From: a virus
Taxonomy: Duplodnaviria > Caudoviricetes
Virus record (IMG/VR): IMGVR_UViG_3300021431_000094
Span: 35,915-99,914 of that record
Reading direction: 5' to 3' (one strand)
DNA length: 64,000 bases
Below are positions 19,613 to 29,375 of the stretch, piece after piece (position 1 is the stretch's first letter; the number at the start of each line of letters is the position of its first letter). A program made the position numbers and the translations under genes. The notes beneath the pieces were generated by a model. That model made no database searches. It was not told where the DNA came from and saw nothing but the letters and a program-made list of their open reading frames with translations.

Positions 19613-20743
19613 ATGAATCTAGGGAATGAAGTTATCGTTAAGAACTTCCATGTTTTGAAAACAGGTCAGGAAGTTGTAGACCAAAAGAAAGACGGTAGAA
19701 TTTATTTCAAAATCCAAAAAGCAGGTGGCCCTACTACTGACGCAGAACGTGCTGAGGTCATTACCACCGACCAGTTCTGTTTAGACTGGATCAAACGTGT
19801 GCGACTGAGCCGGCCGACTGCTCCGGTGTTCAGAAAGTGGGAAATCACTATGCCAGACATTCGAGTCAATGCTGATGCCGACGCTACTCCTGCCGTAACT
19901 GGTACTGATGGCGTAATTCCCGGTACCTTGTTGACAGTGTACATGCATTTCACCAACCTGTATGGCTATGGTCTGACCGACCGATGGGAAAAGTTTGCTA
20001 CAATAATGGTAAAAAACAACTCCACAAAAGGTTCGCTGGCTAGCGATATGGCTGCAGAAATCAACAATCAGTACATCAAAGGGATGAAGCCCATCAACGC
20101 CACCGCAGACACCACTAACGGCAAGGTGATTCTGGAAGACAACACCTTTCCTGAGCAGAGACCTACCCGCCGTCGCATGGAGATGCAGATGGACCCGCAG
20201 CCCATTGAAATGTATATAACGACAAACCTTGTGACAAAATATGCAGGGAGAGTTGATAGTGTTGATGAGGATGAATGGCAGTGGGCTCCAGAGGTTGCCA
20301 CCGCTACTCAGGCTCACAAGCAGTATAACGGAGTAGAAGACACAGCCAAGAGCTATAACAATGCCTATCTAATTTGGGGGCTTGAGAAAGTCTCCCAAAT
20401 GAACAGTGTCGAAACCATGGCAGACTCCTGCAGTGGTTTTGCCGGATGGGACAGCGTGATGGACGGTCTGATTGATGGTGCCATGTTGAATGCCAACGCT
20501 GCCGATTATTGGGTGTTGGACATTGCTTATGAGACGCTGCCGAAGATGGGCGCACCTTCGAGTCGAAATCTGAAAGAGCTTTCGTTTGCATGTGTTGGCA
20601 CAGGGAAAGGTAAGACTGCTACGCCTCCTACTCAATTGACAGCTGTACTTACCGCTTTGGGTTTGCAGTATAACTCTACAACAAAGCAGGTCGAACCCAT
20701 TACTGTGAACACCAGTGGTGGCAACAATACCAGTGGTAATTAA
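19613..20743 (+). CDS. Putative auxiliary capsid protein
   Basis: 376 aa, beta-rich, YWVLDIAY near C-terminus; followed by a strong terminator; crAss gene order. Confidence 0.6.
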   Translation: MNLGNEVIVKNFHVLKTGQEVVDQKKDGRIYFKIQKAGGPTTDAERAEVITTDQFCLDWIKRVRLSRPTAPVFRKWEITMPDIRVNADADATPAVTGTDGVIPGTLLTVYMHFTNLYGYGLTDRWEKFATIMVKNNSTKGSLASDMAAEINNQYIKGMKPINATADTTNGKVILEDNTFPEQRPTRRRMEMQMDPQPIEMYITTNLVTKYAGRVDSVDEDEWQWAPEVATATQAHKQYNGVEDTAKSYNNAYLIWGLEKVSQMNSVETMADSCSGFAGWDSVMDGLIDGAMLNANAADYWVLDIAYETLPKMGAPSSRNLKELSFACVGTGKGKTATPPTQLTAVLTALGLQYNSTTKQVEPITVNTSGGNNTSGN

Positions 20744-20762
20744 AAATTAACCACAATAAGGG

Positions 20763-20794
20763 AAAAGAGGAATTTCACAATTCCTCTTTTTTTT
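20763..20794 (+). terminator. Intrinsic terminator
   Basis: aaaagaggaatt-tcac-aattcctctttt followed by T tract. Confidence 0.9.
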
Positions 20795-20805
20795 ATGTAT
20801 ATACA

Positions 20806-20837
20806 ATAGAGTAGATAGAAGAGATAGAGAGGATAAT
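20806..20837 (+). repeat. 9-bp-period ATAGA array
   Basis: ATAGA at 20806, 20815, 20824 (ATAAT at 20833). Confidence 0.75.
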
Positions 20838-20839
20838 AT

Positions 20840-20891
20840 AAAGGATGAAACTTTGATAAAGGAAAGATGCTGTATATAAATAGTACTTTTG
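20840..20891 (+). promoter_or_regulatory. Tail/muzzle operon promoter: palindrome plus -7 box TACTTTTG
   Basis: aaaggatgaaacttt at 20840-20854; TACTTTTG at 20884-20891; 29-nt spacer. Confidence 0.8.
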
Positions 20892-20911
20892 CATGAATAA
20901 AAAAAAATAAT

Positions 20912-21664
20912 ATGGCGACATTTGGACAGATAGCACACGCTATCCAGGATTTTTCGAAGACGATAAGTGATGATGCGATAATCAACATTGACCATATCAT
21001 CTTTCTAATGAGCAAATACCGAAACTATTTGCTTTCGAATCCGAACACAAAAATAAAAGATGCAGACTACCAGACAATATGTGTAGATGTAGAACCCGGC
21101 AATGATGGCAACATCTGTGGTGGTAAGTCGTATTTAGTTAGCACAGAAAAGGTGCCAACAGTGATAGGGAGAGGCAGCGTGAATGTTGCCCCACCAGCAG
21201 GCTTTCTGTACGGATACAGATTTCAGTGGGTTCCCTACCAGCAATTTCAGTTTGTAGGATACAACAAGTGGCTGTATGGGCTGATTTACGTGACGATAGG
21301 GCCGGATGGCAAACTATATGTGACGGGACATAATATGGGATTTATGCATCTGGAGCGGATAAGAATGACGGCCCTGTTTGACGATATAGAGGCAGCGGGT
21401 GATATGGAGTGTGACGATAACTGTGAAGTAGTGACGTGCGACATAGAAGACCGGGAATTTCCGATGGAGGCAGGTCGCATACCGTTGCTGATGAAATATG
21501 TAACGATGGAGATAACAGCGGCCGCATGGCAGCCCAGGGATGATAAGAACAACGCAAATGATGACCTATCAGAGTTTGCAAGAGCATTACAAGTATACAC
21601 AAATAATGCTTTCAAGCGCAAGATGCAAGGAAGCCAAGGAGAGGAGGAAAAGAATGCCTTATAG
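20912..21664 (+). CDS. Putative tail ring protein
   Basis: ISDD..HIIF..KYR..L, YQTIC, CDIEDREFPME, DDKNNANDDL; crAss ring-protein pattern. Confidence 0.7.
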   Translation: MATFGQIAHAIQDFSKTISDDAIINIDHIIFLMSKYRNYLLSNPNTKIKDADYQTICVDVEPGNDGNICGGKSYLVSTEKVPTVIGRGSVNVAPPAGFLYGYRFQWVPYQQFQFVGYNKWLYGLIYVTIGPDGKLYVTGHNMGFMHLERIRMTALFDDIEAAGDMECDDNCEVVTCDIEDREFPMEAGRIPLLMKYVTMEITAAAWQPRDDKNNANDDLSEFARALQVYTNNAFKRKMQGSQGEEEKNAL

Positions 21665-22076
21665 CCAAGAAACTAACTGGTTGAATATGACAATTAAAAG
21701 GGTGGGAGAACCGATACCAAAAGCGAAAATGAAGGAGCTTATGGATGAACTATTGTATCGTTTAGGAGATAAGATGATGGACGAAGGATATATCCTGAAA
21801 TTGCTTTATGATATGGGTGAGATCAATTTAGTTGCGACAGAGAACTATGAGTTCCAGAATAAGATATATGATTGGGAAAAGATGAATTCGGACCCGAAAC
21901 ATAAACGTAGATATAAAAATATCTCAAAGATACAATATTACTTTATGTGGCACAAAGGAAAGACACCCAAAGCGAGATTGTACTTTGTTCGAATCAGTGA
22001 AGATCTGAATAAACGATTGCACGACCGATTGATGAAAGGGGAGAAAGTTTTTAGTTACGAAAGGAAGAAGAAATGA
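21654..22076 (+). CDS. crAss-like HU/IHF-related small basic protein (likely start ATG 21654)
   Basis: G..LKL..MGEI, DW and F.WHK pattern; lies between ring and muzzle genes. Confidence 0.45.
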   Translation: MPYSQETNWLNMTIKRVGEPIPKAKMKELMDELLYRLGDKMMDEGYILKLLYDMGEINLVATENYEFQNKIYDWEKMNSDPKHKRRYKNISKIQYYFMWHKGKTPKARLYFVRISEDLNKRLHDRLMKGEKVFSYERKKK

Positions 22077-25000
22077 GAAAGAATGCAGTGATTACGCCTA
22101 TAGGTATGAACCGAGACCTTGCGATGAGCAAGTTTGATGCACGGTTTGCCTATGAGAATATGAACCTAAGACTCGTGACAGACCGACACACGAGCAAGTT
22201 TGTATTAACAAACGAAAAGGGCCCTGCAGAAATAACAGTAAAATTCAACACCAATGGTCAATGGATAAAGGACAATCTAAAAGGGACGGTCCTAGGAGTT
22301 GCAGTCATAGGCAACAAGATGGCAGTATTCACTCATGGAATTATATGGGTTAGGTATCCGGAAACGGGAGAGCTGATTTCCATTAATAGGGACTATATAT
22401 ATCGTTTAGACTTTGAAGACGGAGCAAGTGATGGAGCACCGATAAAGGGATATTTGCTGTATGAAGGAGACCTGAACTTTGACCTGGAATATCCAATAGA
22501 GGCAATGACTTTTTACGAAGCAGAAGAAATACAAAAAGTTTATTGGACGGATGGAAAGAACCAGCCAAGGCTCATCAACATCATGCAAGTAGACAAGACA
22601 TACAATGATAAAAGTTTCGATTATGCCCAAGAGATAGGAGGTAGTGAGTCGATGAGCATAGAACGCATAAACAATAGTAATGGTTTGTTTCCCAGTGGCA
22701 CGATTCAGTATGCCTTTACCTACTATCATGAATATGCGCAGGAAAGTAGTGTGGTATCAGTGTCGGATATGCATTATCTTTCGGATGACGAGCGAGGGAG
22801 TGCGCCAGATGAGACTGTTGCTTGTAGCTTTCGAATAATGATGAGCGGATTAAGAAAAGACTATGATGGAGTGCGGCTATATAGCATCATCAGAAGTGCG
22901 AAAGACGGGCTACCTATAGTGAAAAGGCTGGCAGACCTAAGCATAGATAGCGCAGGGCAGGCGGTTTTTGTGGATACAAATCGGTCAGGTGAGGATATGG
23001 AAAGTACCTATTTGCTTTATGTAGGGGCGAAAGACATCACCTGCCAAACGATGACCCAAAAAGACAATACCGCTTTTTACGGTAATATCAAAGAGAAGCA
23101 CTATTATGTAAGTAGTGCTGTGAGAGCGAAAGTAAAATTGGGGACACAGGTTGGGGGTGTTTTCAATAGTTTGGGATTTAGAAACAACAAAGAGATAGCA
23201 CTTTCTAAGACTCTTGGGAAATATGAATGGGAATCGCAGCTTGACAAATCTGCTTCTGAAATACGATATTTTAAATATCATGAAACCTATAGATTTGGAG
23301 TACAGTTTCAAGACCGATATGGGAACTGGAGTGATGTAGTTCGAATAGAAAGTGGAGATAGTGCTAGTGGAAATGATTTTTTACAGAACCTAAAACCACA
23401 AAGTGAAGTAAAAGAGTTGATGAACTATGGTATAAACGTGCTGGCGAGTGACCGTAATAACTTAAAAAGGCGAGTGGCTACATTCGGCGGTGAAATAAGG
23501 TTAGTGGAATTAGGTAGCTTATTGGACGATTATGTAGCGATGCGGCCAGTAGTAGTATATCCTGATTATGGAGACAGAAGCGTATTAGCCCAAGGCATAT
23601 TGACACCCTCGCTATACAATATTGAAGACCGAGTAAAAGGCGGAGTTTATGGAATGATGTCATGGTTCAGCAGGCCCTTGATTAGTGAGAGAGATCTGAG
23701 TCCGGCAGATATTGCCGACTTAGAAGAGCCCAATAGGATAACACGGCATGGAGGATTGGAAGTGAGACATTATCATCCCTTGCCGCCGACAAACAGGTAC
23801 TATGGAAGTGATGGGGGATATGGCAGTAATGCCGAGATTGTAAATAATTATGAAGGTTATATTGAAAATGGAAGTAATAGTCCGTTCAAGACCATAGACT
23901 ATACGATATGGGCTAATGTATATCCATGGCAAGAGAAGTCAGTAAGCAATAGTCAAGTGACAGTAGAAAACAGAGCAAGTCATTTGCGATCTGAGTTTTT
24001 TGTTGACCAGAGTATAGAGACGTTTCATAGTCCAGAAGTAGAATATTTAAGTGAGATGGCAAAGATGGATATGGACGGAGTGAAGATGAGGATAGTAGGC
24101 TTAGTGCCTCTGACATATCATAATGAGGGTGTATACATGGCAGCAGAACGAATAGCAGAAGATAATTATTTCCATACACCCAAAAGAGAGGTTCAGCAAG
24201 GCGGCGTGGCAAACACATACAAGGGCCAATGGCAGTTCACGGAATTTGGTGGGATACAAGCTGACTTCCATGATGATTATGTGGGGATGGATGAAGAGAA
24301 CCATCATGTGGACTACTATGGTACCAATAAGATATATCCATTCCATACCAAGACGCTGACCTATGAAGAGGTGATAGAGAACTATGATAGACTGAGAGGG
24401 CCAGGCCTAGGGACATTTTATCCAAGGTACCTTTGTGAGCCGAAAAGCACATTGCAAAAAAAGATATATGACAGTATCAGATACTCATTTGAAAGTATAC
24501 CGCTGGATGATGAAGTCATAATAGATATTGATAAGCCTAGCTATTATAACACAGTAGACAGTGGGTTGGTTCAATTTGAAGTAGACGGAAGTGCGAAAAT
24601 CTTTGACTTTAGCGTCAATAGGATGGTAGTACCAAATGTAAGAACTAAAGAATGGGGGAACTATGAATATACGAACCATTTCGTATATCCCGGAATCGGA
24701 ACATTGGTTGACAGGTATGCTGGCCAGGAAGACCGTCGGACAACAGCATCATCATGCGTAGTAGGAACAGAAGCCGTTCCAGTCCAATATCGAGGGACTA
24801 CAGGAATGGTGTTACACTTGAAATCAGTTACACGTAATAACAAAAAGGAAATAAGTGCACTGCCAAAATTTGGTACATACAATGACGTATATGCTAACAA
24901 TGGAACTCCGTTAGAAAGAAGTAGAGGTATAGAATGGGCAGACAATACAGAAAGTGCCGTAACATCTAGATCATTTGATATGAGTGGGAAGCGTTTTATG

Positions 25001-26653
25001 TGGGATACTATTGGCCAATATGGTGGATTCACACAGAAAACGGTCATAGCCAATACGCAACTAACGAATGTCATCTGTGGAAACAATTACGGTATATTCT
25101 ATCTGGCTGAGTTATACAGGGACGATCAAGACATACACAATCGATTTGGTGGTGAGAGTGAAGAAGCCTTGGCAGCAAATACATGGATTGTATGTGGGGA
25201 AGCTGTATCGTTGCGAGATAGTTATAACCGATTGAAAAGTGTAGTGCAGATAGAATGGAGCATGGGAGATACCTATTACCAGCGTTATGACAATCTGCAT
25301 ACCATTCCTAATACGGAAGAAGACCTAAACCAGATAGTGGATATAGTGTCATTTATGTGCGAGACGAGGGTGAACATAGATGGCCGATATGACAGGAACC
25401 GAGGATTGGAAAATAATGAGAACACGAGGCCCACGAATAGCAATAGGGTAAATGAGGCCTATGGTCAGACACCGAAATATTTTCAGTATAGGGCTTTGGA
25501 CCATAGAAAGAAGATACAAGAAGAATATCCGATGACCGTAGCCTGGACGAAGACAAAACAGAAAGGCGAATTCACGGACGTATTTACAAATATTACCTTG
25601 GCCAATACCATAGACATGGACGGAGCAAAGGGGGAAATCCGAGGGTTGGTTAAGCACTTCGACGATATACTAACATTCCAAGATAGTGGTGTTGGTAGAA
25701 TTCTCTTTAACGAACAGCAGGCGGTACAAACGGAATCAGGCGTACCGCTTGAGATTGCCAACAGTGGCAAGGTAACAGGTAGTTACTATCTGAACGAACA
25801 TCTGGGATGCCACAATAAATGGAGTATCGTGAAAAGTCCGTTGGGTACTTATTTCATGGATGACGGACAACGTGATTTGTTCTATATCGATGGTCAGCGT
25901 AGCATACATAGTATAGGAGTTGAGAAAGGTTTAGGTAGTTGGGCAAAAGAAGTGGCCGACATGTCCCACATATGGGGACTTAATCGTTTCGAATGCCTTC
26001 GCGGGCTATATGACAAAAAGAATAGTGAAGTGATGTTTGTCACCCGAATGACAGCACTTAGCTATAGTGAGCAGATAGGATATTTCACCTCGTTCTACGA
26101 CTATGAAGGAACACCATTTATGGAATCGGTCCTGGGACACGAAATAATGCTAAGAACTGTGGGGAGCGACTATGCTGGTTCTGGAGCCAGGACTATCCTC
26201 TATGAACACAATGCAGGTCATTATAACTATTTCTTTGGAAGCTATAAGACGTATTGGACGGAACTGATATGCCATAGTGACGGTTCAGATAAGGACAGCA
26301 CGTTGGCAGACAAGACATGGACTAATGTTAGCTTTCAATTTGATACATTTGATGACAGCAAAGAAGTCCAGAAAGACCGGTACAAAGAGAGTGAACATTT
26401 AGATCGATTAGACTGCATGACGGAATATCAGCAAGGAATGACGACATGGGAAGGACTCTATCCACGGATAGCCAAAAAGTTCAGGATGTGGCATAGCGAC
26501 ATGCCGCGAGACGGCTACACAGAAAAAGAGTATGGACAGATGGCAGACAGGTTTCGGAATCCATGGATAAAACTGCGGCTGACCAAGACAAAAAATCTCG
26601 ACAAAGACTGGAGAAGCGTATTGCATTCAGTTATTGTTGGCTATTTAGAATAG
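22073..26653 (+). CDS. Muzzle / tail stabilisation protein (P22 gp10-like)
   Basis: 1526 aa; GMNRDL..AYENMNLR, KVYWTDGKNQPR, YRFGVQFQD.YGNWS, KKFRMW, RNPWIKLRL. Confidence 0.85.
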   Translation: MRKNAVITPIGMNRDLAMSKFDARFAYENMNLRLVTDRHTSKFVLTNEKGPAEITVKFNTNGQWIKDNLKGTVLGVAVIGNKMAVFTHGIIWVRYPETGELISINRDYIYRLDFEDGASDGAPIKGYLLYEGDLNFDLEYPIEAMTFYEAEEIQKVYWTDGKNQPRLINIMQVDKTYNDKSFDYAQEIGGSESMSIERINNSNGLFPSGTIQYAFTYYHEYAQESSVVSVSDMHYLSDDERGSAPDETVACSFRIMMSGLRKDYDGVRLYSIIRSAKDGLPIVKRLADLSIDSAGQAVFVDTNRSGEDMESTYLLYVGAKDITCQTMTQKDNTAFYGNIKEKHYYVSSAVRAKVKLGTQVGGVFNSLGFRNNKEIALSKTLGKYEWESQLDKSASEIRYFKYHETYRFGVQFQDRYGNWSDVVRIESGDSASGNDFLQNLKPQSEVKELMNYGINVLASDRNNLKRRVATFGGEIRLVELGSLLDDYVAMRPVVVYPDYGDRSVLAQGILTPSLYNIEDRVKGGVYGMMSWFSRPLISERDLSPADIADLEEPNRITRHGGLEVRHYHPLPPTNRYYGSDGGYGSNAEIVNNYEGYIENGSNSPFKTIDYTIWANVYPWQEKSVSNSQVTVENRASHLRSEFFVDQSIETFHSPEVEYLSEMAKMDMDGVKMRIVGLVPLTYHNEGVYMAAERIAEDNYFHTPKREVQQGGVANTYKGQWQFTEFGGIQADFHDDYVGMDEENHHVDYYGTNKIYPFHTKTLTYEEVIENYDRLRGPGLGTFYPRYLCEPKSTLQKKIYDSIRYSFESIPLDDEVIIDIDKPSYYNTVDSGLVQFEVDGSAKIFDFSVNRMVVPNVRTKEWGNYEYTNHFVYPGIGTLVDRYAGQEDRRTTASSCVVGTEAVPVQYRGTTGMVLHLKSVTRNNKKEISALPKFGTYNDVYANNGTPLERSRGIEWADNTESAVTSRSFDMSGKRFMWDTIGQYGGFTQKTVIANTQLTNVICGNNYGIFYLAELYRDDQDIHNRFGGESEEALAANTWIVCGEAVSLRDSYNRLKSVVQIEWSMGDTYYQRYDNLHTIPNTEEDLNQIVDIVSFMCETRVNIDGRYDRNRGLENNENTRPTNSNRVNEAYGQTPKYFQYRALDHRKKIQEEYPMTVAWTKTKQKGEFTDVFTNITLANTIDMDGAKGEIRGLVKHFDDILTFQDSGVGRILFNEQQAVQTESGVPLEIANSGKVTGSYYLNEHLGCHNKWSIVKSPLGTYFMDDGQRDLFYIDGQRSIHSIGVEKGLGSWAKEVADMSHIWGLNRFECLRGLYDKKNSEVMFVTRMTALSYSEQIGYFTSFYDYEGTPFMESVLGHEIMLRTVGSDYAGSGARTILYEHNAGHYNYFFGSYKTYWTELICHSDGSDKDSTLADKTWTNVSFQFDTFDDSKEVQKDRYKESEHLDRLDCMTEYQQGMTTWEGLYPRIAKKFRMWHSDMPRDGYTEKEYGQMADRFRNPWIKLRLTKTKNLDKDWRSVLHSVIVGYLE

Positions 26654-26682
26654 AAAAAATGAAATAATAGAAAGGATAAAAT

Positions 26683-29364
26683 ATGGCACAAGTTAAAGGA
26701 AGATATACAATAAATCCATTTGGAGAGAATCCGTTGCCTACAGGAACGGAATTTATGGATCAGTGGCCGGTGTTTGCGAAGCCTCCGGCAGGAACAGAAG
26801 GTACGAACACCTACCGGTGGATAGCCCAGCAAGCAGGGCTTATCCCGCAGGATGAGATTGAAGTTGGGAGTCCTAAACCTGATACGCCTCAGGGACGGTC
26901 GTCATACATGCCTTATTTGGCAGCAGCAGGCGCAGCAGCAGGGATGGCTGCAGATATATACGGAACAGCGAATGACTATACTGAAAATAGTTTTAAGTCG
27001 GAGGCCGTTAAAGTACCAACAAGTCAAGAAGGTTTAGCCAGACTATCCCGTATCGACCCACTACCACGTTATGACGGATATGATTTCGGGGAGACAGACT
27101 ATTTTAAATGCGGTGGTAAGATGGGTCATAGATATGACCACGGTGGTTATTGGACTGATGTAGTTGGAAACGCTCTCACTGGGGCCTCAGCCGGAAGCAT
27201 GATTGCTCCGGGAATAGGTACGGCGATTGGCGCAGGTATTGGTTTGTTTGGTAGCATCATTGGAAACGAGGTACGCAACAGCCGAGCTCGACGAGAGGCT
27301 GATATCTACAACCAGGAGAGACAGGAACAGGAAGCGAACAGAGCCTATGCATTGGCATTAGGTGCAGGACAGATAAATCATGACCGATTGGGGCAATTTG
27401 CGAGAGATTATGTATATGCCGAAGGTGGCGTAGTGAGAAGTCCTATGAGCGGAGGGAATGGAGTGACAGAGATAAAAGCCGGCGGAAGTCATGAACGCAA
27501 CCCATTAGGTGGCGTGCCTATTGGAGTGGCTCCTGACGGAATGCCGAATTTGGTAGAAGAGGGAGAAGTCAAATGGGACAAAGAGAATTATATCTTCTCG
27601 AACCGACTAAAACCACGCAAGGGCATTTTGAAAGATTTTGTGCTTTCGAACAAACGATATGAAGGCAAGAGCTATGCGGAGATAGCCAAGATGATACAGA
27701 AAGAAAGTGAGGAGCGAGAGAATGACCTTGTGGCCCGTGAGACGGTGGATGACATGTTGGGTAGGCTTATGGATGCGCAAGAACTGACAAGAGCCGAGAA
27801 AGCCGCCAAAGAGCTCCAAAAAATGATGAGCTACATGACTCCTGATGAGATAGCGGCATTGGCTGGTGGAATGCCGATGCAGGCCCCTGAAGGCGTACAG
27901 AGTATGGGATATGGTATGCCGACAGAGGGAATTGGCATGCAGGCGCCTCAGATGCCACAGGAAGCCCCAATGCAGCAGCCGATGCAGCAGCCGATACAGG
28001 GTATGCCAGCCATGGGAGCAGAAGCTCCTATGATGGCCATGGGAGGACATCTATATCCCGATGGAGGAAAACCCAAAGCAGGAACTATCAGTTTTAGGAA
28101 CGGTGCATGGGGCAATGAAAGCGGTTCTGCCTGGAACGGCAGCACTGATTCCGGTTGGCTGGAGGCTTTGGCAGCAGCAAAGTCAGAGGGTGTAAACTTG
28201 ACGGAATCCGATAGAAAGACAGTGGCCCAGTATATGCGAAATAGCAAAGCCTACCAACAGGGTACTGCATGGCTGAAGGCAGGGGAAGAGAATATGAGAA
28301 GATACCTTAACGACGTGATAGCCTCGGCAGACACGCCGGCAGCGGCAAAGAAATGGGCGAGAAAGTTCGTGAATGAAGATGGCACTTGGAAGGCTGGTGT
28401 GGCCCATAGCTATAACGACATCTTCAACAAGCGAGAAGATGATTACCCTGGTACCTACTGGAAGACACCACAATGGATTTTGGACGAAGTGAATGCTCCC
28501 ACACCAAAAGAACCTGTAGTAGAAACTGTGCCTGATCCATTGACAGGCATCAGATACTATATCAAGGACGGCAAGAACTACACGCTGATAGGCAACCCTG
28601 ACGAATACAACCAATGGGTGTTAAGCCATGCAGACTACACATCGCCTTACCAGTTCAGAACACCAACAGAAGACGGTGTGAGATACACAGACTATTTTGT
28701 TGAGGCACCTGGTGCGCCAGCTGAAAAGATACCATATCCTGGCTACAGCCCATGGCCGGGAATAGCCTCGGCGGGAATTGCGTTGGCTGAAGCATGGAAC
28801 CGTCCAGATTATGAGAAAGCGATGTTGCTAGACACCTACAGACCCGAGCCTGTAGACTATGTTCCGATAGGTCACTATCTTGCCTACGACCCAATGGATA
28901 TAGACTATATGACCAATGTGCTGAGAGGTCAGAGCGCAGGCACTAGGGCTGCAATAAACAACAGGATAAGTCCATCTGTTGGTGCGGAGCAGTTGGCGGC
29001 GGATTACAACGCAGCCTTGGCTCTTGGCAACGCATACGAACAGGCCCTTCAGTACAACCAAAAGGAACGGCAGGCTGTGGCAGAATTTAATAGAGGAACA
29101 GACCAATTCAATGCTGGAGCAGCCAACCAAGCAGAACAGACGAATTTCGGTCTTAATGGTTTGAACTGGGAGCGTACAAAGGCCTACGCAGATGCAAGGG
29201 ATGCAGCATCGTCTATTGCAAGCCAAGCCAACAGTGCGGCTGTTACGAGTGCTATGCAGAACCTCAACGAGGCCTATAAGGACTGGTACAATACACAGGG
29301 CCTTGGATGGCTTGTGCAGAACAACGTGTATCCTGGAGTAGAATACAGAAAGAAAAAAGCATAG
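26683..29364 (+). CDS. Cargo protein with glycine-zipper membrane segment
   Basis: GGSHERNPLGGVPIG..NLVEEGEV..YIFSNRL; GASAGSMIAPGIGTAIGAGIG; repeated xxGG motifs; directly follows muzzle. Confidence 0.75.
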   Translation: MAQVKGRYTINPFGENPLPTGTEFMDQWPVFAKPPAGTEGTNTYRWIAQQAGLIPQDEIEVGSPKPDTPQGRSSYMPYLAAAGAAAGMAADIYGTANDYTENSFKSEAVKVPTSQEGLARLSRIDPLPRYDGYDFGETDYFKCGGKMGHRYDHGGYWTDVVGNALTGASAGSMIAPGIGTAIGAGIGLFGSIIGNEVRNSRARREADIYNQERQEQEANRAYALALGAGQINHDRLGQFARDYVYAEGGVVRSPMSGGNGVTEIKAGGSHERNPLGGVPIGVAPDGMPNLVEEGEVKWDKENYIFSNRLKPRKGILKDFVLSNKRYEGKSYAEIAKMIQKESEERENDLVARETVDDMLGRLMDAQELTRAEKAAKELQKMMSYMTPDEIAALAGGMPMQAPEGVQSMGYGMPTEGIGMQAPQMPQEAPMQQPMQQPIQGMPAMGAEAPMMAMGGHLYPDGGKPKAGTISFRNGAWGNESGSAWNGSTDSGWLEALAAAKSEGVNLTESDRKTVAQYMRNSKAYQQGTAWLKAGEENMRRYLNDVIASADTPAAAKKWARKFVNEDGTWKAGVAHSYNDIFNKREDDYPGTYWKTPQWILDEVNAPTPKEPVVETVPDPLTGIRYYIKDGKNYTLIGNPDEYNQWVLSHADYTSPYQFRTPTEDGVRYTDYFVEAPGAPAEKIPYPGYSPWPGIASAGIALAEAWNRPDYEKAMLLDTYRPEPVDYVPIGHYLAYDPMDIDYMTNVLRGQSAGTRAAINNRISPSVGAEQLAADYNAALALGNAYEQALQYNQKERQAVAEFNRGTDQFNAGAANQAEQTNFGLNGLNWERTKAYADARDAASSIASQANSAAVTSAMQNLNEAYKDWYNTQGLGWLVQNNVYPGVEYRKKKA

Positions 29365-29375
29365 GAGGATAGAAT